Assembly: GCA_038234475.1 (NCBI GenBank)
Contig: JBBQTX010000001.1
Coordinates: 1 to 51,137, forward strand
Source: Caulobacterales bacterium
Lineage (GTDB): Bacteria > Pseudomonadota > Alphaproteobacteria > Caulobacterales > Caulobacteraceae
Length of the DNA: 51,137 bases
Direction of reading: 5' to 3'
Below the pieces are notes generated by a model that searched no databases, was not told the origin of the DNA, and worked only from the letters and a program-made list of their open reading frames with translations. Shown here one piece after another: positions 39,531 through 47,815 of the stretch (positions are counted from its first letter, which is position 1; each line of letters begins with the position of its first letter). The position numbers and the translations under genes are program-made.

Positions 39531-41377
39531 AACCGGACTGGAAGCGCCGCGCGCGTCGCGCCTTCGGGTCTAGGGGGACGCGGCGTAGGGTGCGACGGCG
39601 CATGGAAGCTGTGGCAGGTCTCGCAATTCGCCGGTGCCGCCGCCGGAGTCCGCGCCAGAGTCTGACCATGACATTCGGCGCAGGTGGCGATGGACGGCAA
39701 CAACAGGTCAGCCGACTTGTCCGAGGTCGAGGCGGCATGACACTGGGCGCAGTTCGGCTGGCCGCGGCGATCAAGCCGATGCTCCTTGACACTGTGATCG
39801 AAGGCACCGCGCGACAGGAAGGTTGTCGGAGTCCGGACGCGCTGTATGCCCAGGGTTGGCGAGCGGAGCACTGTGTGGCAGTCGAAACAGGCACCACCGC
39901 TCCCGAACGCGCCGTTCACCGCGGTGACCGAGGCGGCACCGACCGGAGGACTTGACGCAGGCCCGGAGCCTTCGCCGATCTGACCGGGTCTCCGGCGGTT
40001 CGCGTTTGGATTACCCGCGAACGGCCCACCGCCGCCCAGCCAGCCACCCAGCGCGGCCACCACCTTGGCTGGCTCGCCGTGCGGCAGCTGACGGATACCG
40101 CCGGGGGTCGCGAAATCGAGGGAGTGGCAGGTGCCGCAATCCCGTTCCATCTGGACGGCCGTGAAGCCTCCGCCCTTGTCCTCCGGACGATGGCAGCTGG
40201 CGCAGGTCAGGGCCGCGCCATAGCCCCGACCGCCGAGGGTCTGGGCCATCCGCGCCGGTCCCCCGCCGGGCGACAGGTGCAGCCGGTGCGGAAAGGTCAG
40301 GCCCGAGGCTTCGCGCGGCCGATCGTTCAGCGACACACGGGTCGGTCCGTTCGGACCGGGCAAGGTGGGTCGCAGGTTCGGGTGACGGACCCAGGATGGC
40401 GTGTCGACCAGATCGGTGTCGGTCAGCCGGTGGGACATGCCCGCATGACACTGCACGCAGGTCTGGGTCGGCATCAGGGTCGGCTCGGGCTCGGCGGCCC
40501 GGCCGGCGACGGGGTTGCCGACGTGTTCGACATGGCAGCTGGCGCAGCGTTGTTCGGGCAGGTTGAAGGCGCGCCGGAACCAGGCCGTGGCCTGGCCGCC
40601 GAAATGGTCCGGAGGGGGCGCACCCCAGAGGATACGCTGGCGCGGCGCGTGGTCCTTGACGAAGGACAGGGTGTCGGTCGACCCGGCCCGGCGCACCGAT
40701 GCGGCCGACGCCTGCATGGCCTGGGGCGTGCGATCACCGCCGTGGCAGGTCTTGCAGGTCGTGTCCTTAACCGCGACGAAGGCCTCCTGGTGACAAGACT
40801 GGCAATCGGCCTCGAGGAAGGCGTGGGCGGTGGACAGCGGCCCGGTCGACCACTGCTGGTCGGGATCGATCCGCGCGCTCAGATGGCCATAGAAGGCCGC
40901 GAGAGGCCACAACAGACAGAGGGCCGCGATTCCCAGGCCGAGCGTCCAGGCGATACGGCGGCGCCCGAACACCCGCGCCTTGGCGATCACGCCCCCGGCG
41001 GCCACGCCCGATATCAGATCGCCCTCCGCCGGCTCGGCGAGCGTCAGGGTGACGAGCGTCCGGCCACCTTCGCCGGACGACAGGGTCAAGACATGGTCCC
41101 CGAACACCAAACGGGGCACCTTGGCCACATCGACGACGATGTGGTTGACGAAGCGACCGTCGACGCCGAACGGTTCGCGGCCCGCGGATGTCACCTCAAC
41201 CTTGCCCGATCCCGCCTCCGTCAGCGTGGCATGGTGTAAACTGACCGCCAGGTCCGGCAGCCGGATTTCGCAGTCTGCGCCCCGGCCGATGCGCGGCGCG
41301 TCGGTCGTCAGGACGTTTTCCCGGACGATCTCGGCCCCGCTGACGCGTCGGGTGATCTGGCGAAGGACAAACGTCAT
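39515..41377 (-). CDS. Membrane-anchored decaheme cytochrome c with N-terminal FHA-like domain
   Basis: IGRGADCEIRL.D..VSLHHA (FHA), one TM helix, 10 CxxCH (CQSCH, CKTCH, CASCH, CVQCH, CASCH, CGTCH, CFDCH, CAQCH, CAECH, CETCH). Confidence 0.85.
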   Translation of the reverse strand: MTFVLRQITRRVSGAEIVRENVLTTDAPRIGRGADCEIRLPDLAVSLHHATLTEAGSGKVEVTSAGREPFGVDGRFVNHIVVDVAKVPRLVFGDHVLTLSSGEGGRTLVTLTLAEPAEGDLISGVAAGGVIAKARVFGRRRIAWTLGLGIAALCLLWPLAAFYGHLSARIDPDQQWSTGPLSTAHAFLEADCQSCHQEAFVAVKDTTCKTCHGGDRTPQAMQASAASVRRAGSTDTLSFVKDHAPRQRILWGAPPPDHFGGQATAWFRRAFNLPEQRCASCHVEHVGNPVAGRAAEPEPTLMPTQTCVQCHAGMSHRLTDTDLVDTPSWVRHPNLRPTLPGPNGPTRVSLNDRPREASGLTFPHRLHLSPGGGPARMAQTLGGRGYGAALTCASCHRPEDKGGGFTAVQMERDCGTCHSLDFATPGGIRQLPHGEPAKVVAALGGWLGGGGPFAGNPNANRRRPGQIGEGSGPASSPPVGAASVTAVNGAFGSGGACFDCHTVLRSPTLGIQRVRTPTTFLSRGAFDHSVKEHRLDRRGQPNCAQCHAASTSDKSADLLLPSIATCAECHGQTLARTPAAAPANCETCHSFHAPSHPTPRPPRPEGATRAALPVRFQTTP

Positions 41378-41384
41378 CGGTCCC

Positions 41385-42257
41385 TCACCAATAGATGAAA
41401 ACGCTGAAGATATGGGCGACCAAGGCGGCCAGCAGCGCGATGGTGGCCGGCACATGGACGCTCAACCAGACGCTCAACCAGGCCCGGATCTGCAGGTGCC
41501 GCCGGACCTGTGACAGCGCGGCGGCCTTGCGTTGCAGCAGCCCCTCCATCCGGTCCAGCATCTGCAACTGAACGTCGGTCGACCTGCGGCGCAGCCCGGT
41601 CAGCCGCTTGAGGGCCTTCCGGTTGCCGCACCCGCCGCGCCCGCCCGACAGCCGACGCCAAAGGCTACCGCCGACCCGGCTTTCATCCAGCGACAACCGC
41701 ACGACCGAGGCCTGTTCCTCGGACAGGGGCTGGGCGGCCTCGGTGATCTGTCGGTCGAGTGCCTTCAGCGTTTCCAGCATTTGCTTCTGGGTCGTCTCGC
41801 CGCGGTTCCGGCTCAGATAGCGTGGCAGGATGGCGTAGACCGTGATCCCGAACAGGCCCGAGACGACGACCAGCACCATCAAGGCGTAGGCCAGGGTGTG
41901 GACGTTCCAGCCGAACTGGAATCCGGCGTGCAGGGTGGCGATGACCAGGACCGCGATCCCCAGATAGACGTGGGCCGAGACCCAGGCCTTGAGTGACCAT
42001 TGCCCCGAGGTGATGGCGCGCTTGCGCAATCCCAAGAGCGTCAGCCACAGGACTAGACCGGCGGCCACGGTCCCGGCGGCATAGCCGAAGACGCTGCCGC
42101 CGTTGGGGCGCGGCTGCACGTCGATCAGCAGATATCCTGCCCCGGCGATCAGGCACAGGGCGAGGGCACGCCATGCCCAGCGGAACCCGCGATGCCGCAG
42201 GAAGCCCTCATGCTGGACGACGGTTGAACGCTCACCGGTTTTTTCTGACGCGGCCAA
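41385..42257 (-). CDS. Ferric-reductase-like (di-heme b) integral membrane protein
   Basis: About five TM helices; two H-x13-H pairs (HVYLGIAVLVIATLH and HVPATIALLAALVAH); TTG start uncertain. Confidence 0.7.
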   Translation of the reverse strand: MAASEKTGERSTVVQHEGFLRHRGFRWAWRALALCLIAGAGYLLIDVQPRPNGGSVFGYAAGTVAAGLVLWLTLLGLRKRAITSGQWSLKAWVSAHVYLGIAVLVIATLHAGFQFGWNVHTLAYALMVLVVVSGLFGITVYAILPRYLSRNRGETTQKQMLETLKALDRQITEAAQPLSEEQASVVRLSLDESRVGGSLWRRLSGGRGGCGNRKALKRLTGLRRRSTDVQLQMLDRMEGLLQRKAAALSQVRRHLQIRAWLSVWLSVHVPATIALLAALVAHIFSVFIYW

Positions 42258-42260
42258 GAC

Positions 42261-44708
42261 TCAGTTGCCTCCGCCCATGCGCTTGACGGTCAGAAACTCC
42301 TCGGGCGAGACCCGCAGCGCCGCGCCGGTCGGGCAGGCGCGGACGCAGGCGGGGCCGCCGGACTTGCCGATGCACATGTCGCATTTGATCGCGACCTTGG
42401 GCGGCTCGGCACCCTTGGGCTTGTTCTTGGCCCGCCAAGCCTTGTCGGGCTCGCCCGGCCCGGGCCCGACGCCGAACAGCATCCACGAAATCAGATCCGG
42501 CTTCTCCGGCGGCCGGGAGTCCATGCGGATGACGTCGTAGGGGCAGTTCCGCTGGCAGTTGCCGCAGCCGATACAGGTGTCATCGATGAAGACCTCGCCG
42601 TCGGGACCGCGGTGGATCGCGTTGGGCGGGCAGTCGGTCATGCAATAGGGATGCTCGCAGTGCCGGCAGGACGTCGGCACGTGCAGGTGGGCGTAGGTCC
42701 GGCCAGCCTCGCGATCGAGGCGAGACAGTCCATCGTGGATGTCGGCGCAGGCCTTTTCGCAATTGTCGCAACCGATGCAGAGCGTCTCGTCGATCAGCAA
42801 CACATCGGTCGCCTCGCCGATGCCCTGTTCGACCAAGAAGTCGGCCACGGCGCTGTACATGTCGACGACATCGCCGAACCGGCCCTTCTGCTCCTCGATA
42901 TAGCCGTTCAGGCGGCGGCGATCGGCCATGTCGGCCCGCAACCGTTCCTCCAGCTCGGGCTTGCGCTTCAGCAGCGCGCGGAAGCGGTCGCCGTCGAGAC
43001 GCACGACTTCCGAACGGATCGCGGCCTGGACGGTGGCACTGCGGCGGCCGCCGTCGACCAGCGCCATCTCGCCGACGTAGGATCCCGCCGGCAGATAGGA
43101 GAGGAAGACCGATTTGCCGCCGATCTGCTTTTCGACGACCATGCTGCCGGAGCGGACGACGAAGATGTCATAGCCCTCTTCGCCCTCGTTGATGATGGCC
43201 TCGCCGGTCTTGACCTGGCGCAGTTCGGCGGTCTCCAGCACGTCGGAAAGGTCAGCCGAGGTCAGGCCCGAGCCGAACATCTGCAGCAGCTGTCGTTCGG
43301 TGGTGATTCGGTTGACGGTGTCCCGCGCCTCCTTGACCGACGCCATCAGACGCAGGGCGGCGTTGCGCGGGATCTCGAGCAGGATGCTGGGCTCGGCCGC
43401 CCGGACGGTGGCACCGCGAGGTCGGCCAGAGATCAGGCCGACCTCGCCAACGATGGAGCCATGGGAGATGGTGACCGAGCCGCGCTTCTTGGCGGGGCCG
43501 ATCTCGACCGCCACCGAGCCCGACGCGATCCCGAACACGGAGGATCCGATCGAGTTACGCTTGAATATGACGTCGCCCGCCTGATAGGCGCGCACATCGG
43601 AATCGAGCAGGAATTCACGCATCTGAAGCGGCGAAAGTCCGCGCAGGATTTCGATCTCCTGGCGCAGGAATTCCAACCATTCCGAGACCGATCGATGCCC
43701 CGGCAAGCCTTTCAACCTGGCTTCCAGGATCGGTTCGTCAGCCGGCTTCAGATCGGTGGCACCGCCGATGTATTCAACCACGTCATAACCCTGGTTGATG
43801 CAGTGCTTGATCAGCGGATAGCCGGCCAGGGCCCCGATGACATAGATGCCCGGCACCGTGCTTTCGAACGTCGGCGACAGTTGCGGGAAGGCCTCGCGGG
43901 CGGCGCTGGTGAACTCCAGACCGATCCCCTCGACGAATTTGCGGGGCGGTGCCGAGCCCAGCCGCGCGATGACGCGATCGCACCGGAAGCGGGTGACGCC
44001 CTCGGGCGTCTCGACAGTGATCCAGTCCTGCTCGATTTGCGTGGTCTCGGCGGTACAGAGCAGGGTGATCTCCCCGGCCTCCTGCGCTGCGAGCAACGCC
44101 TTGGCGTTGGCGTCCTTGGCCCGCGCGAAATCCGCCCCGCGATTGACCAGGGTCAGGATATTGCCCTGGGCCTTGTCCGCGATCAGGCCAAGGGCATTCT
44201 CGATTCCGGCATCGCCGCCGCCGACGACGCAGATGTGCTCGTCCACGTATTCGGCGGGGTCATCGAGCTGGTACTGGACATGGGGCAGACTGGCTCCATC
44301 GCAGCCCATCAGGTTGGGATTGCCCTGTGTCCCGATGGCCAGAACGATGGTCTCGGCGCGAATGACCGAACCATCCGCAAGGCCGATGTTGAAGTCGCCC
44401 GCCGATCCGGTGACCGACCTGATCTCGGAGCGGTAGCGGACGTTGACCTTTTTCCGCGTGGCCTCTTCGGCCCAGGTATCGAGGATGGTCTCGCGCTTGC
44501 CGGGCTCGAAGCTGACGTCGGCGCGCAGCAGGAGCTGGCTGGGGGTGGCCATGATATGTTTGCCGCGCTGGTAGCGGTAGATGGTGTCGGACAGGTGATC
44601 CGACTTCTCCAGCAGGATGTGGCTGACACCGCGCGCAGCGGCGTGCGCGGCCGCGCTGAGGCCGGCCGGCCCAGACCCCAAGATGGCGATCCGATGGATC
44701 CCCTCCAC
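42261..44708 (-). CDS. TrxR-like FAD/NAD(P)H oxidoreductase fused to two cNMP-binding domains and a 4x[4Fe-4S] DmsB/NrfC-like domain
   Basis: GSGPAG and GGGDAG Rossmann motifs, STVPGIYVIG; GEVGL..RPRGATV and GEMAL..RRSATV; CIGCDNCEKAC, CRHCEHPYC..DCP, CIGCGNC..NCP, KCDMC..PACVRACP. Confidence 0.88.
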   Translation of the reverse strand: MEGIHRIAILGSGPAGLSAAAHAAARGVSHILLEKSDHLSDTIYRYQRGKHIMATPSQLLLRADVSFEPGKRETILDTWAEEATRKKVNVRYRSEIRSVTGSAGDFNIGLADGSVIRAETIVLAIGTQGNPNLMGCDGASLPHVQYQLDDPAEYVDEHICVVGGGDAGIENALGLIADKAQGNILTLVNRGADFARAKDANAKALLAAQEAGEITLLCTAETTQIEQDWITVETPEGVTRFRCDRVIARLGSAPPRKFVEGIGLEFTSAAREAFPQLSPTFESTVPGIYVIGALAGYPLIKHCINQGYDVVEYIGGATDLKPADEPILEARLKGLPGHRSVSEWLEFLRQEIEILRGLSPLQMREFLLDSDVRAYQAGDVIFKRNSIGSSVFGIASGSVAVEIGPAKKRGSVTISHGSIVGEVGLISGRPRGATVRAAEPSILLEIPRNAALRLMASVKEARDTVNRITTERQLLQMFGSGLTSADLSDVLETAELRQVKTGEAIINEGEEGYDIFVVRSGSMVVEKQIGGKSVFLSYLPAGSYVGEMALVDGGRRSATVQAAIRSEVVRLDGDRFRALLKRKPELEERLRADMADRRRLNGYIEEQKGRFGDVVDMYSAVADFLVEQGIGEATDVLLIDETLCIGCDNCEKACADIHDGLSRLDREAGRTYAHLHVPTSCRHCEHPYCMTDCPPNAIHRGPDGEVFIDDTCIGCGNCQRNCPYDVIRMDSRPPEKPDLISWMLFGVGPGPGEPDKAWRAKNKPKGAEPPKVAIKCDMCIGKSGGPACVRACPTGAALRVSPEEFLTVKRMGGGN

Positions 44709-44777
44709 GACTATCCCCCGCGTCGTCCCCGATAATCCGACGGCACCCTACGCCGTTCTGGTCCAACCATGCACGTC

Positions 44778-44806
44778 TTTACCACAGGAAGCCCACTCGC
44801 TACAGT
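44778..44806 (+). promoter_or_regulatory. Possible sigma70-type promoter for ccmFGHI
   Basis: TTTACC (44778-44783), N17, TACAGT (44801-44806), followed by GGAG RBS and ATG 44833. Confidence 0.4.
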
Positions 44807-44832
44807 GCAGGTCGGGTGGCGGAGCATACTGT

Positions 44833-46812
44833 ATGATCGCGGAAATCGGCCAGCTGGCGCTGATCCTCGCCTTCATGCTCGGACTGGTCCAGAGCGTTGC
44901 GCCCTTGCTGGGCGCCCACCGCGGCGATTCCGTCCTGATGTCCCTCGGGCGGTCCTCGGCCCTGCTGCAGACGGTTTTCGTCGCTTTGGCGTTCGCGGCC
45001 CTGGCAACGGCCTATGTGACGATGGACTTCTCCGTCGAGCTGGTGGCCAAACACAGTCACACTACCCAGCCGCTCCCCTATCGCTTCTCCGCCTCCTGGG
45101 GCAGCCACGAAGGCTCGATGCTGCTGTGGGTTTTGATCCTCGCCCTGCATGGTGGGGCCATCGCCTTCTTCGGCCGGTCACTACGTGAAACGCTGCAGGC
45201 GCGGGTGTTGGCGGTGCAGGGCATGCTCAGCGCCGCCTTCATCGGCTTCAGCCTGTTCACCTCCAATCCGTTCTCGAGGCTGAGCCCGATCCCGATCGAC
45301 GGGACCGAGTTGAACCCGTTGCTGCAGGACCCCGGTCTGGTCATGCACCCGCCGCTGCTCTACCTCGGCTATGTCGGCTTTTCGGTCGCCTTCTCCTTCG
45401 CCGTCGCGGCTCTGATCGAGGGCCGGGTGGATGCGGCCTGGGCGCGCTGGGTCCGGCCGTGGGTCCTGTCGGCCTGGATATCCCTGACGATCGGGATCGC
45501 CCTGGGTAGCTGGTGGGCCTACTACGAACTCGGCTGGGGCGGCTGGTGGTTCTGGGATCCGGTCGAGAACGCCTCGCTGATGCCGTGGCTGATCGGCACG
45601 GCCCTGCTGCATTCGGCCATGGTGCTGGAGAAGCGCGGGGCGCTGATCAGCTGGACCATCCTGCTGGCCATCCTGACCTTCTCGCTCAGCATGATCGGCA
45701 CCTTCCTGGTTCGTTCCGGCGTCCTCACCAGCGTGCACGCCTTCGCTGTCGATCCGGAGCGCGGTGCCTACATCCTTGTCTTCGTCCTGATCGCCACGGG
45801 CGCAGCCCTCGCCCTTTACGCCTGGCGCGCACCCGCGATGCGATCCGGTGCGCTGTTCTCGCCGATCTCGCGCGAGGCCGGCATCACCCTGAACAACCTG
45901 TTCCTGCTGGCGGCGACGGCCACGGTCTTCCTCGGGACCTTCTATCCGGTGTTCATCGACGTCCTGAACGGAGAAAAGATCTCGGTCGGGCCGCCCTATT
46001 ACGCCATTACCTTCATTCCGCTGTTCGTGCCGCTGCTGGTCCTCGTCGGCTTCGGGCCTATGCTGACGTGGAAGCGCGACACGGCGCGGGCCGTGCTGCG
46101 GCGGTTACGCTGGCCGATCGCCGTCACGGCGGTCGTGGCCGGTGCCGGGCTTCTGGTGTTCGGACTGGCAAAGGTCGGCGCGGCCCTGGCGATCGCCCTC
46201 GGTGTATGGCTGATCGCCGCCGCCTTCATGCTGCTGGCGCGACGCTGGGGACTGGGCCGCAAGGGCGCCGAAACCGGGCGGCTGATCCGCACGACGCCGC
46301 TGGCCTTCTGGGCCGTGGCGGTGGCGCACGCCGGCCTGGGTGTCGGTACCATTGGTGTTGCCGCCATGTCCGCCTGGACCGACAGCGAGGTCGCGACCAT
46401 GGTCCCCGGCCAGACGATCGAATTCGCGGGGCACCGCATCACCATGGACGCTCTCGGTCCTGCGACCGGGCCCAACTATCAGGCCGAACAGGCCCGTTTC
46501 CGCGTGGAAGAACGAGGTCAGCCCTTCCTGATGGTCTCAGAGAAACGCTTCTATCCGTCCAGCCAGACCCAGACGACAGAGGCCGGAATCCGGCGCGAGG
46601 TGATGGGCAATCTCTATATCTCCGTGGGCGAAAGCGCGACGCCGGGGGCCGCCACGGTCCGCCTCTGGTGGCATCCGTTGGTCGAGTGGATTTGGGGCGG
46701 GGCGATGATCATGGCCTTTGGCGGCGTCCTGTCGCTGTCGGATCGGCGACTGAGGCTGGCCATGCCGACCCGCAAGCCGGTGCCGGTTGAGGCGGCGGAG
46801 GTCGCAGGATGA
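44833..46812 (+). CDS. ccmF: Cytochrome c heme lyase subunit CcmF/NrfE
   Basis: WGSHEGS, LNPLLQ, HPPLLY, WAYYELGWGGWWFWDPVEN and SVHAFA. Confidence 0.95.
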   Translation: MIAEIGQLALILAFMLGLVQSVAPLLGAHRGDSVLMSLGRSSALLQTVFVALAFAALATAYVTMDFSVELVAKHSHTTQPLPYRFSASWGSHEGSMLLWVLILALHGGAIAFFGRSLRETLQARVLAVQGMLSAAFIGFSLFTSNPFSRLSPIPIDGTELNPLLQDPGLVMHPPLLYLGYVGFSVAFSFAVAALIEGRVDAAWARWVRPWVLSAWISLTIGIALGSWWAYYELGWGGWWFWDPVENASLMPWLIGTALLHSAMVLEKRGALISWTILLAILTFSLSMIGTFLVRSGVLTSVHAFAVDPERGAYILVFVLIATGAALALYAWRAPAMRSGALFSPISREAGITLNNLFLLAATATVFLGTFYPVFIDVLNGEKISVGPPYYAITFIPLFVPLLVLVGFGPMLTWKRDTARAVLRRLRWPIAVTAVVAGAGLLVFGLAKVGAALAIALGVWLIAAAFMLLARRWGLGRKGAETGRLIRTTPLAFWAVAVAHAGLGVGTIGVAAMSAWTDSEVATMVPGQTIEFAGHRITMDALGPATGPNYQAEQARFRVEERGQPFLMVSEKRFYPSSQTQTTEAGIRREVMGNLYISVGESATPGAATVRLWWHPLVEWIWGGAMIMAFGGVLSLSDRRLRLAMPTRKPVPVEAAEVAG

Positions 46813-47345
46813 GGCGGCTGGCTTTCATCCTTCCCGTCGTCCTGTTCCTGATGGTCGCCGCAGCCCTGGGTCTGGGCTTGCGCCGGGATCCCAGCATCCT
46901 GCCGTCGATGCTGATCGATCGGTCGATCCCGACCTTCGACCTGCCGGGTGTAGTTCCGGGAGATACCTTGGGTCTGGCCTCGTCCGACTTTACCGGAAAG
47001 CCGGTGCTGCTCAATGTCTTTGCCTCGTGGTGCGTGGCCTGTGTCATCGAACATCCGATGTTGCTGCGTCTCCAGGCGCAGGGCGTGACCATCCACGGCC
47101 TGGACTGGAAGGACGAGCCCGCCGCCGGGGCCGAATGGCTGGCCCAGCGCGGCAATCCCTATACCTTGATCGGATCGGACCCGCGCGGTCGCACCGGTAT
47201 CGATTTCGGCGTCACCGGTGCCCCCGAGACGTTCGTCATCGACGGCAGCGGGCGGGTTCGCTACCGGCATGTCGGCCCGATCACGCCGGAGGTCTGGGCG
47301 GAAACCCTGCAGCCGATGCTGGCGCGGCTGGAGACCGAGACATGA
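46809..47345 (+). CDS. ccmG: Thiol:disulfide interchange protein CcmG/DsbE
   Basis: NVFASWCVAC, GNPY and GVTGAPETF. Confidence 0.93.
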   Translation: MRRLAFILPVVLFLMVAAALGLGLRRDPSILPSMLIDRSIPTFDLPGVVPGDTLGLASSDFTGKPVLLNVFASWCVACVIEHPMLLRLQAQGVTIHGLDWKDEPAAGAEWLAQRGNPYTLIGSDPRGRTGIDFGVTGAPETFVIDGSGRVRYRHVGPITPEVWAETLQPMLARLETET

Positions 47346-47815
47346 GACGTTTCGTCCTCGGACTGTTCTGTGCCCTGCTGATCGCCGGTCCCGCTGCGGC
47401 AGTGCTGCCGGAGGAGCAATTGACCGATCCGGTCCTCGAGGCCCGGGCGCGCGAGATCAGCCGCGAGCTTCGCTGCGTGGTTTGCCAGAACCAGTCGATC
47501 GACGATTCAGATGCCCCGCTCGCCGCCGACCTCAGGACCATCGTGCGCGAAAGGCTGTCGGCCGGAGACACGAACGAAGAGGTCATGGCCTATATTGTCG
47601 CCCGCTACGGCAGTTTCGTGCTGCTCAAGCCGCCGCTGGACATGCAGACCATCCTGCTGTGGTGCGCCCCCCTGCTGGTATTGATCCCCGGCGGGCTGGT
47701 TGTGGCGCTGTATCTGCGTCGGCGCGGTCAAGTGGCCGCCGCCGAGTCGATACCCCTGTCGGACGAGGAGCGACGCACGCTCGCCGCCATACTGAAAACC
47801 GGTGACGCGCCATGA
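47342..47815 (+). CDS. ccmH: Cytochrome c biogenesis protein CcmH (CcmL/CycL)
   Basis: LRCVVCQNQSIDDSDA and RYGSFVL; ATG 47342 overlaps the ccmG stop. Confidence 0.93.
   Translation: MRRFVLGLFCALLIAGPAAAVLPEEQLTDPVLEARAREISRELRCVVCQNQSIDDSDAPLAADLRTIVRERLSAGDTNEEVMAYIVARYGSFVLLKPPLDMQTILLWCAPLLVLIPGGLVVALYLRRRGQVAAAESIPLSDEERRTLAAILKTGDAP

Noticed and set aside
38172-41377. FHA protein next to GDH as a GarA/OdhI-type regulatory pair
   Set aside because: GarA is a small soluble actinobacterial protein acting on the large NAD-dependent GDH; this is a small GdhA and a membrane cytochrome
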